Notes under the pieces: model-generated
The model's database searches: none
What the model saw: the letters and a program-made list of their open reading frames with translations, nothing else
What the model was told of the DNA's origin: nothing
Position numbers and translations under genes: made by a program
In this document: positions 29,673 through 39,566 of the stretch, piece by piece
Position numbering within the stretch: the first letter of the stretch is position 1
How the letters are laid out: each line of letters starts with the position of its first letter
From: Candidatus Poribacteria bacterium
GTDB lineage: Bacteria; Poribacteria; WGA-4E; WGA-3G
Assembly: GCA_965261435.1 (NCBI GenBank)
Contig: CBDHDL010000021.1
Location: 47,132-111,131, forward strand
Direction of reading: 5' to 3'
Length of the DNA: 64,000 nucleotides

Positions 29673-31673
29673 TTATGTGTTTTTCAGGTAAGGGTTTAGG
29701 TCCCAGAGTAGAATAGTGCCATCATCCATCCCACTTGCTAAAACCTTGCTATCCGGTGAGAATGAGAGAGCTAAAATAGGAAAATCTACTTCAAGAATAA
29801 CGAGCAAGTCACCTTTCCTAACTGACCACAAATGGATAGATTGCCGCTGTGTGCTGCTATCCAAATTGCTTTCGGGACAACTGGCTGCCAAATACCTACC
29901 GCATGGTGATAGTGTTAATGCCTCTATATCTAAATACATCCAAGCTTTAGGTTTAGGAATTGAAAATATATATTCACATTCTTGAATATTCCATAATAAT
30001 ATCTCTTCTTCATTTTCTCCCACAACCAATGTGCTATCCTGAGAAAACATGTGGAAATAAAAATCATCATCCTCTACTGGAAATTGGGCAACCATCTTCT
30101 CATTTACAAAATCGTATAGCAAATCTCTGTTACTGACAAAATATTCACCATTCAGACTGAATGCTATTTTTTGAAATGAGACTCCTAATGCTTCTGGATA
30201 TTTTCCTTTAAAAGTGTGGCACAACTGGCTACTTTGGACATCCCATATATAAATCTGTGCTGCTTTGTCTCTACATGCAAGCAAATTCGTAATAGGGGAA
30301 AACGCTGCACACTGAGGTTCTGCAAACGTTCTAAATACTGCAAGAGGTGTGTTGTTGCCAATCTGCCACAGTTTGACATAAGTATCGTCTGCCGAGGTGA
30401 CGTAGGACTTCCCACTATATGACATTTCCACAGAAAGATACTTCTCCCAACACCAACAATTAGATTTTACTTTTCGACCTATCGGTCTAAAAAGTTTTGG
30501 AGGTTGCTGTGGCATGACAGTATTCCATATACATACACCATTACCTAGTAATAAAGTAACAATTGCTTTCATATCCGGAGAAAAAAGGATAGATTTGGGG
30601 GGCGTGACATGTGCCTGACTTATAATATATATGTGTTCTTTTTCTACATCCCACACTTTTATTTCAATTTTGTCAGAAAATGCAAGATGTGTTCCACTTA
30701 AAAAATATGGTCGATACAAACCACTGCCTTCTTGTGGTGTTGTAAATACATTTCCTTTTTCTGGCTCCCAGATCTTTAGAACATCATCACCATCAGAAAA
30801 CGTAGCTACTCTTAATATACCATTAGAAGAATATGATGCAATTTGATAAGGGGATCCATCTTCAAGATATGTCTGCCACAACTGCCAAGTCATAACGTCC
30901 CAAATTTGTGTTTTGCCCTGCCCATCAGTAGCGACCAGGTATCGCCCGCACGGTGAAAAACAAATTGAATATGCTGAATCGGTGAGGCCAGTCAAAGAAG
31001 AAATGTGTTTTCCTGTTTCAACCTCCCATACCGAAATGATATCGTCTATATATGGTAAACCCTTAGCAGAATCATTCGGACTGGCACACGCTAACAAACT
31101 TCCATCGGACGAAAAAGCAACTGGACCAACATGTCTTGATGTGCTTGTGGTTTTCCCAGGGGCAGAGTTAACGGTTAATATGTGCTTGAAATGCAAACGA
31201 TTTGGCAAACTCTCGGGTTTCACTTCCCAGACATCAACACTATAGTGGTTCCATCCGCCCGAAACAGCGAGTTTTTGTCCATCAGGTGAAAAAACAAGAG
31301 TGTGAAGTCCATGTTCCCATATCCGCTCCTCCGTTTTCAACTCAGCTAAACACTTTCCATTAACAACATTCCACACATGGACATTCCCATCTGGATGTCC
31401 TGTTAAAACCCACTCTCCAGATGGTGAAAATGTCACAGCTGAAGGTATTGTATGTTGTCTTGTGTCCCAAAGTGTATAAGAAGACTCCGTAGATATTTCA
31501 TATAGCCAAAGCCCTATATCACTAGCCACAGCGATATAATTTCCATCTGGAGAAATCGCCATATCATTTACTAGACCCCCTCCAAACCGAGCTGTTACGC
31601 CATTTGGAAGTAAAACGGAACTGCTACAATCGCTTGAAACAGTCTGTAAAAGTACGCGTTGTTCATTTATCAT
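29673..31673 (-). CDS. WD40-repeat protein (paralog 2)
   Basis: 666 aa with the same architecture and C-terminal ...LASG..DG.I.LWDL.PYL.. ending as paralog 1. Confidence 0.9.
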   Translation of the reverse strand: MINEQRVLLQTVSSDCSSSVLLPNGVTARFGGGLVNDMAISPDGNYIAVASDIGLWLYEISTESSYTLWDTRQHTIPSAVTFSPSGEWVLTGHPDGNVHVWNVVNGKCLAELKTEERIWEHGLHTLVFSPDGQKLAVSGGWNHYSVDVWEVKPESLPNRLHFKHILTVNSAPGKTTSTSRHVGPVAFSSDGSLLACASPNDSAKGLPYIDDIISVWEVETGKHISSLTGLTDSAYSICFSPCGRYLVATDGQGKTQIWDVMTWQLWQTYLEDGSPYQIASYSSNGILRVATFSDGDDVLKIWEPEKGNVFTTPQEGSGLYRPYFLSGTHLAFSDKIEIKVWDVEKEHIYIISQAHVTPPKSILFSPDMKAIVTLLLGNGVCIWNTVMPQQPPKLFRPIGRKVKSNCWCWEKYLSVEMSYSGKSYVTSADDTYVKLWQIGNNTPLAVFRTFAEPQCAAFSPITNLLACRDKAAQIYIWDVQSSQLCHTFKGKYPEALGVSFQKIAFSLNGEYFVSNRDLLYDFVNEKMVAQFPVEDDDFYFHMFSQDSTLVVGENEEEILLWNIQECEYIFSIPKPKAWMYLDIEALTLSPCGRYLAASCPESNLDSSTQRQSIHLWSVRKGDLLVILEVDFPILALSFSPDSKVLASGMDDGTILLWDLNPYLKNT

Positions 31674-31689
31674 TGTCGATTCCTTTTAT

Positions 31690-32088
31690 CTAATGTGAAA
31701 TCAAAAACTTTACCCTCGATAATAAATGATCACTTTCGTGTCCTTCATAGGTATCATTGTCAGGCCCCGTTTTACCTGTACATAAAGATCGCGCACCTCT
31801 ATTTACCTCATTATTGGAATTGAGTGCTTTAGTGGAATAAGATGCCAATTGAAATACATCAGTATATGGAACACATAAGTCACTTCTACCAGTGTTTTTA
31901 CTTATGGATGCGGTAGCAGAGGCAGTTTGTACTTCATTCCAATCCCAATGCACTTTCCAACCTGTTCCATCAGGATTAACTTCCTCTGCATATCCACCTT
32001 GTCGATTTGCATTCACATAGGTCCCTGTTGCGATCACTAAAATCACAGCAAGTAATGGCATTATTCGCACATAATTTCGATTAAACAT
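31690..32088 (-). CDS. hypothetical secreted protein
   Basis: 132-aa ORF with an N-terminal signal-like hydrophobic segment. No family recognised. Confidence 0.5.
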   Translation of the reverse strand: MFNRNYVRIMPLLAVILVIATGTYVNANRQGGYAEEVNPDGTGWKVHWDWNEVQTASATASISKNTGRSDLCVPYTDVFQLASYSTKALNSNNEVNRGARSLCTGKTGPDNDTYEGHESDHLLSRVKFLISH

Positions 32089-32156
32089 ATTATCTCCTTT
32101 TTATTGTTTGGGAAGGCCAAGATATTCATAAGGATCAATGCCTTCCTTTTCACCAT

Positions 32157-32855
32157 CTAACACATGCACTCCGGGGGAACAATACCTTTACGCATTTGCT
32201 CAAGAGATAAACTCATTCCCTTGGCACGTGTAATATATCGGGTAATACTGCCGTCGTCGTTTTCTTTTTCTCCATACCAAACGTAGACGGTGTTAGGATA
32301 GTTGAAATAGAATTTTCCGTAAGCCCCACCAATACCAATCCAATCACGTTGAAGTCCCTCTTTCCAAGATTTGATAGCTACACGAGACATCAATTCTGCT
32401 CTTTCTGGGAGACCACGATTCGGCCAATTTGCACTTTTCCATACAGGTTTATAAGGCTGTCCTATAGAGTCAAGCATTCCTTCTGGTACTTCGGGATAAG
32501 GTCCGAAACCAAACGGCGATACTTCGGGTGCGTCTGCGGTTTTCTCCTGCGTTACAGTTTGTTGTTCCTGTCCTGGATCGGATATGATGCCAGTCTCTAA
32601 AACATCTGAAGACTCAACTATCGGATTCTCTTCGCGTGGTGTTGTGCTTTCCATAGGAGATATGTCTGGTATTGATTCGGTGTCAGGGATTGCATCCACT
32701 TGTTGAAGGGTTTCAACTTGTTTTTGTTCTTCCATCATTCCACGCTTAAACCTTGTTGCGTCTATTTCCACAAACACAATAAACACAATGCATGCAATAA
32801 TTATCAGTAAACACGTTCTCATAAACCATTTATTAGTCAAAATGTCACTAAACAT
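32157..32855 (-). CDS. hypothetical membrane-anchored protein
   Basis: 232-aa ORF with an N-terminal TM helix, an acidic/polar linker and a folded-looking C-terminal half. No family recognised. Confidence 0.55.
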   Translation of the reverse strand: MFSDILTNKWFMRTCLLIIIACIVFIVFVEIDATRFKRGMMEEQKQVETLQQVDAIPDTESIPDISPMESTTPREENPIVESSDVLETGIISDPGQEQQTVTQEKTADAPEVSPFGFGPYPEVPEGMLDSIGQPYKPVWKSANWPNRGLPERAELMSRVAIKSWKEGLQRDWIGIGGAYGKFYFNYPNTVYVWYGEKENDDGSITRYITRAKGMSLSLEQMRKGIVPPECMC

Positions 32856-32939
32856 CTAATTATTATCTCCTAATTTTTCTACTCCACCTTTGTGTTACTT
32901 GCTTATTCAAATTGATACTCTAAATTGTTCTTACCTAAA

Positions 32940-33440
32940 CTACTTCTTTAATTCTGCAGGTGGAAAATAGAGTTCAGTATATGGAAGAAAAGAATCCGCA
33001 ACTTTTGTTATAGGGAATACGCTACACTTCTTTTGGGCAATAACCAAGGACCCAGCAATGCATTTATTAATAGCCATTTTAATGTTTTTGATACTATTAT
33101 TCATATTCCTTGAACTGACAGAATAAGAAAACTTACCATCAAATTGAATACTTTGATGGTTTTTGGGTAATTTTGCTTTACCGTTTGTAATTACGAGAGA
33201 ATACGAATCCTTGACTTGATAATTTTCAGCAATATTCGAAATGGTAGTCAACGATTCCCATTTATGTTGTTGAGGAATATGAGAACGTTGTATAGCAATT
33301 GTACGAGTCCAAGATTTTATAGGCGCGTTAGCATCACTTGCATATCTGGTCAAAACATTATCTCCAACATCGGTTGTTGTGATTTCTTCATAGTGATAGT
33401 CTCCAACAACACCTTTCGTGTCTGTTATTTCACTACCTGA
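32940..33440 (-). pseudogene. 5'-truncated gene remnant abutting the IS cluster
   Basis: The reading frame of the 137-aa ORF stays open upstream (…GSEITDTKGVVGDYHYEEITTTDVGDNVL…) right up to the terminal inverted repeat at 33441. There is no start codon with an RBS. Confidence 0.4.
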
Positions 33441-33471
33441 GGGTGTGTAAAGTTTTTGTCACTGGATTGTC

Positions 33472-34932
33472 GGGTGTGTAAAGTTTTTGCACAAGTCTCG
33501 ATTAGTTAGTACTTGAGATGTTAGTAGAAAAATGGTATCCTTTCCAAATATTATTATCTTACAACAGGAGAGGATACCGATGTTAAGTATACCATTAGTA
33601 GTCTCTGAAAACAAAGAGATTCAAGAAGCGTATGAAAGTTTTGTGGAATCAATAAATGAGGTGATAGGAAAGTGTTTCTCTGAACCCGTTATGTCATTGT
33701 CAGATGCGGAGTCTTGTGTCTTTGATGGATTTCGTTTATTAAGCCAAAAGTTTTTAGAGATGTTTTTATCTCATCAAGCCAATGAAGAAGCGAATGAACC
33801 TATAGATTGCCCTGAGTGTGGTGAAGCGTGTCGTCCTCGGTATAAAAGGAAGCGGAACGTTACGACAAAATGTGGCGTTGTCCAAGTGGAGCGTTGGGTA
33901 TATGGTTGTGTGAATGGGCATTATCATGTGGCGTGGGATGATAAACAAAAGTTGAGAGGTCAATATACGCAGGAAGTGATTGTGGTGATGTGTCGTCTTG
34001 CGGCACAACTTAACTTCAGAGCAGCGGCTAAGGAGTTGTCGCATCAAGGTATAAAAGTGAGCCATGAGACAATCCATCAAATCGTGGGTGAGTTTTCAGA
34101 GGATTTGAATATCCCTGATCAAGTGGAAAAACAAGAACTTGAAGATCATCAGCGTTGGTATGTAAGTTGTGATGGATGTCATACCAACTCCCCGGAAGGA
34201 TGGAAAGAAGTAAAAGCGGGGTGTGTTTACAGAGACTATCCGGTTCCGCCCGATAGTTCTGCTGCGCTATCGCGTGCGAGAACAGAGAGTATTCGTTATG
34301 TGGCAAGTCGTGAGGATGCGGCACGTTTTGGTAAGGAGTTGTATGAGTTAGCCACCCAGTGTGGCATTTATCAAGTAGATATAGATAAGCAAGAGATTGT
34401 TTTTATAGGTGATGGTGCTGCGTGGATATGGAAGATTGCGGAAGAATACTTTCCGAATGCTGTTCAGATTGTGGATTACATGCACGCCAAATCTCATCTG
34501 TATAATGTGGCTAAACTTGCCTTCGGTGAGATGGAAACAGAAGCAATAGACGCATGGATAAACGAAACGAACCGCTCACTTTACGATGGTAATATCCCAG
34601 AAGTTTGCTCAAGGATACGCTCCTTATCCACCAAGCACCCGGAGGTCTCGGATATTTTAGAAAGAGAAGCGAGATATTTTGAAAAACATGCAAAGCGTAT
34701 GGCGTATAAAGCGTTTAGAGAAAAGGGATATCAGATTGGCAGTGGGGTGATTGAGAGTGCTTGTAAACATGTCGTTGCAGAAAGATGTAAACAAGCTTCA
34801 ATGAGATGGAAGGAACCGGGGATCAATGCTGTTCTAAAGATGCGGTGTCTTTTGAAAAATGATGATTGGAATGATTATTGGTATCCAGACACAAAAGCCG
34901 CATAACCTTCTGTGCAAAAACTTTACACACCC
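33472..34932 (+). mobile_element. full-length IS (ISKra4-like) with 22-bp perfect terminal inverted repeats and an 8-bp target-site duplication
   Basis: GGGTGTGTAAAGTTTTTGCACA at 33472..33493, with its exact reverse complement at 34911..34932. It is flanked by GGATTGTC at 33464..33471 and 34933..34940. Confidence 0.85.
33580..34905 (+). CDS. transposase (ISKra4/UPF0236-like)
   Basis: 441 aa from the ATG preceded by AGGAGAGG, a CPECGE...C zinc-ribbon-like motif, and a C-terminal GSGVIESACKHVVAERCKQASMRWKEPGINAVLKMRCLLKNDDWNDYW block typical of this family. Confidence 0.75.
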   Translation: MLSIPLVVSENKEIQEAYESFVESINEVIGKCFSEPVMSLSDAESCVFDGFRLLSQKFLEMFLSHQANEEANEPIDCPECGEACRPRYKRKRNVTTKCGVVQVERWVYGCVNGHYHVAWDDKQKLRGQYTQEVIVVMCRLAAQLNFRAAAKELSHQGIKVSHETIHQIVGEFSEDLNIPDQVEKQELEDHQRWYVSCDGCHTNSPEGWKEVKAGCVYRDYPVPPDSSAALSRARTESIRYVASREDAARFGKELYELATQCGIYQVDIDKQEIVFIGDGAAWIWKIAEEYFPNAVQIVDYMHAKSHLYNVAKLAFGEMETEAIDAWINETNRSLYDGNIPEVCSRIRSLSTKHPEVSDILEREARYFEKHAKRMAYKAFREKGYQIGSGVIESACKHVVAERCKQASMRWKEPGINAVLKMRCLLKNDDWNDYWYPDTKAA

Positions 34933-35068
34933 GGATTGTCGGATTGTCTTTGATAGTTGTAAAATCTATGAAAAAATGGTATCCTTTCCAAATATTAACC
35001 TTAAATCAAAGGAAGGGATACCTATGTTCAGTATATCACTTGATAGATGTAAAGTCAAAGAAAATGAA

Positions 35069-35272
35069 GGGTGTGTAAATATTTTGTCACTCAATTTGTC
35101 TGAATCCCGGATTACGCGGAGGACACGGAAGGGTTTTCTGGATCATTATATGACTTTGATCGGGAACAAAGAAGCACAATCTGGAAATATGTGCTACAAC
35201 TGGCACAATCTAACAGAATGTCTATTGTTGGTGAAGGTATTGAATGTTTAGTGACAAAAACATTACACACCC
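35069..35272. mobile_element. 204-bp non-autonomous derivative (MITE) of the same IS family
   Basis: GGGTGTGTAAATATTTTGTCAC at 35069..35090 and GTGACAAAAACATTACACACCC at 35251..35272. No coding capacity. Confidence 0.55.
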
Positions 35273-35450
35273 TAAAACACAAATAGACTAAATATAATCT
35301 AATTTGTGTGTTATACTATATGCACAATATCAGTTACACATAATTGTGCGGTATGCATAAACAATTGATTTAAATATGTGCCAAAAGGTTGTCCGAACAC
35401 ACCAGATGCCCGTTCTCAATCAAGTAGCACAATCTGTATGAAGATTGATT

Positions 35451-35555
35451 AAATATTTCAGTAATTTAGCGAGGTTAGGAAACCTCGTCATCAGGTGGTA
35501 CACTCTCTTCATGTGAATGGGAAATTACCGAATTAATAAATTGATGTTCATGAAA
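35451..35555. repeat. short repeat family B, copy 1
   Basis: Shares AATATTT.AGTAATTT(A/G)GCG.GGTTAGGAA ... GAAATTACCG.ATTAAT.A.TT.AT.TTCAT with 52104..52266. The ends contain the inverted GGTAATTT / AAATTACC. Confidence 0.4.
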
Positions 35556-35632
35556 CCGCATCTACTGGGTTGGTGTAGAAAAATAAAACAGTAGAATTCT
35601 ACATAGATTATATCAGGAAATATAAACACCTT

Positions 35633-37135
35633 ATGACAGATAAACCTAACATTATTCTTATCTATGCTGATGATCTTGGTCGTGGAATGCTCAGCTGCTA
35701 TGGACAACAACATTTTGAAACACCGAATATTGACAGACTGGCAAATGAAGGTATGCGTTTCAATCACGCTTATGGTTGTGCTTTCTGTGCTCCATCGCGT
35801 GCAAGTATGCTGACAGGAATACACGATTGTCATGAAGGGAGATGGACGTATACCAGAGCTGGAATCTATAAGAGTATTAGTACTGGAGAAATGAATCCAG
35901 ATGAAATCTCAGAACTAATCCATACGACGGGTCTTCAGGCAAGTGCTGATGACGTCTTCTTGGCTCAAATCGCAGAGCATGCGGGTTATGCAACTGGACA
36001 GATCGGTAAACTTGAATGGGGTTTCGCAACAACTGCAAACCGTATACAACGTCATGGATGGCATTATCACTATGGATATTATGACCATCAGAGATGTCAC
36101 GGTTTCTATCCACCATTCCTTTTTGAAAATGGTAATTTAATTGAAATTCCTGGAAATACACATGCCGATTGTGGAAAGCATCCAAATAGTGAATCTGAGG
36201 AGAACAAGGAAATTCGTAGGAATCGCGAAGGAAAGACAGTCTATTCTCAAGATATTTTCAATGACAAGATTATAGAATACCTCCGCGCTCACAAGAATGA
36301 ACCGTTCTTTCTTTATCACCCTTCACAATTACCACACGGTCCTATCTCAATACCAGAGATCCATCCAGATGTTAAGCACATAAATGGATTGACTATGTAT
36401 GAGAAGGAATATGCTTCTATGATACTAAAGTTGGATGAAACTGTCGGTATCATCTTGGATGAACTTGAGAACCTTGGTATTGATGACCGCACGATGATTA
36501 TCTTCACATCCGATAACGGACACGAAGTTTACTACCGTCAGGAAGGACGAACAGCAGGCAAGCAGCATGATTTAGCAGGTGAAAGATTAGATGATATAAC
36601 ATCTAAGTTCTATTCTGAGACTTGCGGGGATGTCTTCAACGGAAATGACGGTATGGCGGGGTTGAAATTCTCAAGTTGGGAAGGTGGAACAAGACTCCCT
36701 TTCATCGTTCGTTATCCTGGAATGATCATGCCTGAGAGTGTGTCTGAACACAAATTAGCAAATTACGATCTAATGCCAACATTTGCGGAACTACTCGGTG
36801 TAGCGTTACCAGAAGACAAAGATGGATTATCATTCTTACCAAGTTTGCTGGATCAACCAGATAATCAACAGAGTCATCAGTGTATTGTTTATGCGTCGCG
36901 ATTAGGTCCTGCATTGGTTACATCAGATGGATGGAAACTGCGTTATATAAACAAGACAGATAGTTTTCAACTCTATAACCTTGAGGAAGATTACCGTGAA
37001 GAAAATGACATTGTTGCTGAACATCCTGATCTTGTAAATAGACTTAGTAATTGGTTACTCAATGCTTGTGATGGTAATTATTATAATGGTACGCCAGCAG
37101 CGCATTTAGCTGCAATACCGCAACCCACTGCGTGA
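35633..37135 (+). CDS. arylsulfatase-family (Cys-type) sulfatase
   Basis: NIILIYADDLG start, the CAPSRASMLTG formylglycine signature (C-x-P-x-R), and a later TSDNGHE motif. Confidence 0.9.
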   Translation: MTDKPNIILIYADDLGRGMLSCYGQQHFETPNIDRLANEGMRFNHAYGCAFCAPSRASMLTGIHDCHEGRWTYTRAGIYKSISTGEMNPDEISELIHTTGLQASADDVFLAQIAEHAGYATGQIGKLEWGFATTANRIQRHGWHYHYGYYDHQRCHGFYPPFLFENGNLIEIPGNTHADCGKHPNSESEENKEIRRNREGKTVYSQDIFNDKIIEYLRAHKNEPFFLYHPSQLPHGPISIPEIHPDVKHINGLTMYEKEYASMILKLDETVGIILDELENLGIDDRTMIIFTSDNGHEVYYRQEGRTAGKQHDLAGERLDDITSKFYSETCGDVFNGNDGMAGLKFSSWEGGTRLPFIVRYPGMIMPESVSEHKLANYDLMPTFAELLGVALPEDKDGLSFLPSLLDQPDNQQSHQCIVYASRLGPALVTSDGWKLRYINKTDSFQLYNLEEDYREENDIVAEHPDLVNRLSNWLLNACDGNYYNGTPAAHLAAIPQPTA

Positions 37136-37145
37136 CAAGTTATTC

Positions 37146-38267
37146 ATGAATTCCTTTGACACTTTTTTCACACAACGCGTTATCTTTGGAGACAATTGTA
37201 TTGAGAAACTTGCAGAATATACCCTGGCACTTGGTGGAAGTCGTGTCCTAATAGTAACTGATCCTGGTATACAGGAAGCAGATATACTTAATAGAGCAAG
37301 ATCAGCACTCAACAGTGAGAAAATAACGTGCTATGTCTTTAGTAAAGTTGAACCAAACCCAACTACGAAACATGTTGTTGATGCTGTTAAATACGCAAAA
37401 GCAAATTCACCGATTGACCTGATAATTGGCTTGGGTGGTGGTAGTGCAATGGATACTGCAAAGGGAGCGAATTTTCTGATAACAAACAGAGGTAAGATGG
37501 AAGACTATTGGGGAACGAATAAAGCAACAGAACCGATGCTGCCATCTATTGGAATCCCTACAACAATCGGTACTGGAAGTGAAGCGCAGTCTTATGCATT
37601 AATTGCCCAGGAGGATACACACATTAAAATGGCATGTGGAGACAAGAAAGCACAATTTAAAACTGTTTTATTGGATCCCACATTAACTACAACACTACCG
37701 AAAGATGTTGCAGCGATAACAGGCATTGATGCAATAGCGCATGCAATTGAAAGTTATGTATCAACCAGACACAACACAATGTCACAGATGTTTTCCTTGC
37801 AGGCTTGGAAACTCCTAAATGAAAACTATGAAATTGCAATTGCAAATCAGAATGACATGTACCGAGGAAAAATGTTGTTTGGTGCATATCTTGCGGGAGT
37901 TGCAATTGAAAATTCAATGCTGGGTGCTGCTCACGCATGTGCGAATCCTTTAACTACCAGATACGGTATTACACACGGAATTGCTGTAGCAATGATGTTG
38001 CCACACGTTATTAGATTCAATCAGAAAGTTGCTGGTGAAATGTACGGTGAGATTTATCCATTAGGTATGCTATCGGACAGAATTGAAGAACTTAGAAGTA
38101 TAGGAGAATTACCGAACACTTTACAAGATTGTCATGTCCAAAATGATATAGATCCGACTGATATACCGACTTTAGCAAAAGAAGCATCGACTCAGTGGAC
38201 TGCCCAATTTAACCCACGTACTTTAAAGATGAATGATTATATTGAACTTTATGAAAATTTATTTTGA
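37146..38267 (+). CDS. iron-containing alcohol dehydrogenase
   Basis: GLGGGSAMDTAK glycine-rich NAD motif and the conserved His cluster (IDAIAHAIES, AHACANP, HG). Confidence 0.9.
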   Translation: MNSFDTFFTQRVIFGDNCIEKLAEYTLALGGSRVLIVTDPGIQEADILNRARSALNSEKITCYVFSKVEPNPTTKHVVDAVKYAKANSPIDLIIGLGGGSAMDTAKGANFLITNRGKMEDYWGTNKATEPMLPSIGIPTTIGTGSEAQSYALIAQEDTHIKMACGDKKAQFKTVLLDPTLTTTLPKDVAAITGIDAIAHAIESYVSTRHNTMSQMFSLQAWKLLNENYEIAIANQNDMYRGKMLFGAYLAGVAIENSMLGAAHACANPLTTRYGITHGIAVAMMLPHVIRFNQKVAGEMYGEIYPLGMLSDRIEELRSIGELPNTLQDCHVQNDIDPTDIPTLAKEASTQWTAQFNPRTLKMNDYIELYENLF

Positions 38268-38283
38268 TTTTTGGTTCTATACT

Positions 38284-39456
38284 ATGAAGAAACTCTACAA
38301 ACTCGTAATTACTTTAGCAATACTTATCTTGCCTATCTGTTTTATCTATCATGTGAATGCAAATTGGACAAGTTTCCGTGGCAACCCGCAACTCACAGGT
38401 GTAGCAGCCTCACAACTCCCTGAAAAACTTGACCTACTCTGGACAGCAAAGGCAGGAGACATGATTGAGTCTACGGCTACAGTCGTTGATGGGATCGTGT
38501 ATTTAGGTGCATCGGATGGTGTTCTCTATGCATTTGATGCTAATAGTGGTAAGAGTATATGGACGTATAACACCGAATCTTCTATTAAATCTTCACCCTC
38601 CATCCAAAACGGTGTCATCTTTTTTGGGGATGGTGATGGTGTTTTCCATGCTGTAGATATTGCAACCCGTAAGATGAAATGGCAGTTTAAATCGGAGGGA
38701 GAGATCATATCATCAGCTAACTTTTCAGGTGAAAATGTCCTATTCGGTTCGTATGACGGATTTCTTTATTGTCTAAGTAAGAACAGAGGGGACCTTCAAT
38801 GGAAATTTGAGACTGAAGGCTATGTTCACGGGACACCGGGAATCTGGATAAAATCAGACCAAGGATCTGATGATGGCACTACATTTGCTATAGTCGCAGG
38901 ATGTGATAGTTTCTTACGTGTGATTAATACTGAAGATGGTAAGCAGATAAGGCAAGTCGATCTTGGTGCGTATGTAGGTGCAAGTCCTGCCATTGCTAAA
39001 ACCGACCTTGATTCTTCAGACGCATCTTATTTCCAAGCATACTGTGGAACTTATGGAAATGAAGTATTGGGGATTGACCTTATTTCTGGTGATATAGTAT
39101 GGCGTTATGAGAATCCTGACCGTCAACTCCCATTTTTTTCATCACCTGCTGTAACTGATGACTTAGTTATCATTGGAGGACGTGATAAGATGGTACATGC
39201 AATCTCACCTGAAAATGGAAATTCAATATGGACCTTCTCAGCAAAGTCACGCATAGAATCGTCACCTGTCATTGTTGGGAATCGTGTGTTCTTTGGAACG
39301 ACTCGCGGTGTATTTATCGGTTTGAATATTACTAACGGTAAGAAAGTTTGGGAATATGAAACCGCTTCATCCATCGTAGCATCTCCGAGTGTGTCTGATG
39401 GGAAAATATACATAGGTACTGAAGATGGGTTTCTCTATTGCTTTGGTGAAAAATAG
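38284..39456 (+). CDS. PQQ-like (BamB-type) beta-propeller repeat protein
   Basis: Signal peptide from MKKLYKLVI and repeated G.VY.G..DG.LYA.D...G...W units. The start was moved to the Met preceding the signal peptide. Confidence 0.8.
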   Translation: MKKLYKLVITLAILILPICFIYHVNANWTSFRGNPQLTGVAASQLPEKLDLLWTAKAGDMIESTATVVDGIVYLGASDGVLYAFDANSGKSIWTYNTESSIKSSPSIQNGVIFFGDGDGVFHAVDIATRKMKWQFKSEGEIISSANFSGENVLFGSYDGFLYCLSKNRGDLQWKFETEGYVHGTPGIWIKSDQGSDDGTTFAIVAGCDSFLRVINTEDGKQIRQVDLGAYVGASPAIAKTDLDSSDASYFQAYCGTYGNEVLGIDLISGDIVWRYENPDRQLPFFSSPAVTDDLVIIGGRDKMVHAISPENGNSIWTFSAKSRIESSPVIVGNRVFFGTTRGVFIGLNITNGKKVWEYETASSIVASPSVSDGKIYIGTEDGFLYCFGEK

Positions 39457-39566
39457 GAAGAGTTTGAGCTTTAGCAAGTGTCATAAAGTTTGTTTTTTGA
39501 GAATTCTTGTGATAAAATTATACAATCGTTTAGGTAATCGAAGTTCTGAACAATAAGGATCATATT

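Larger units (their letters stand above)
33441..35272. mobile_element. nested cluster of three related insertion-sequence copies (one full-length, two degenerate)
   Basis: Four copies of the terminal repeat GGGTGTGTAAA(G/T)(T/A)TTTTG(T/C)CAC at 33441, 33472, 35069 and, inverted, at 34911 and 35251. The degenerate outer copy retains the 5' leader and first codons of a transposase. Confidence 0.7.

Noticed and set aside
34859-35251. 130-aa and 66-aa ORFs across the degenerate IS copies
   Set aside because: They run through terminal repeats and the relic leader. Only the first ~16 codons (MFSISLDRCKVKENEG) resemble the transposase start, so this is a remnant, not a gene.
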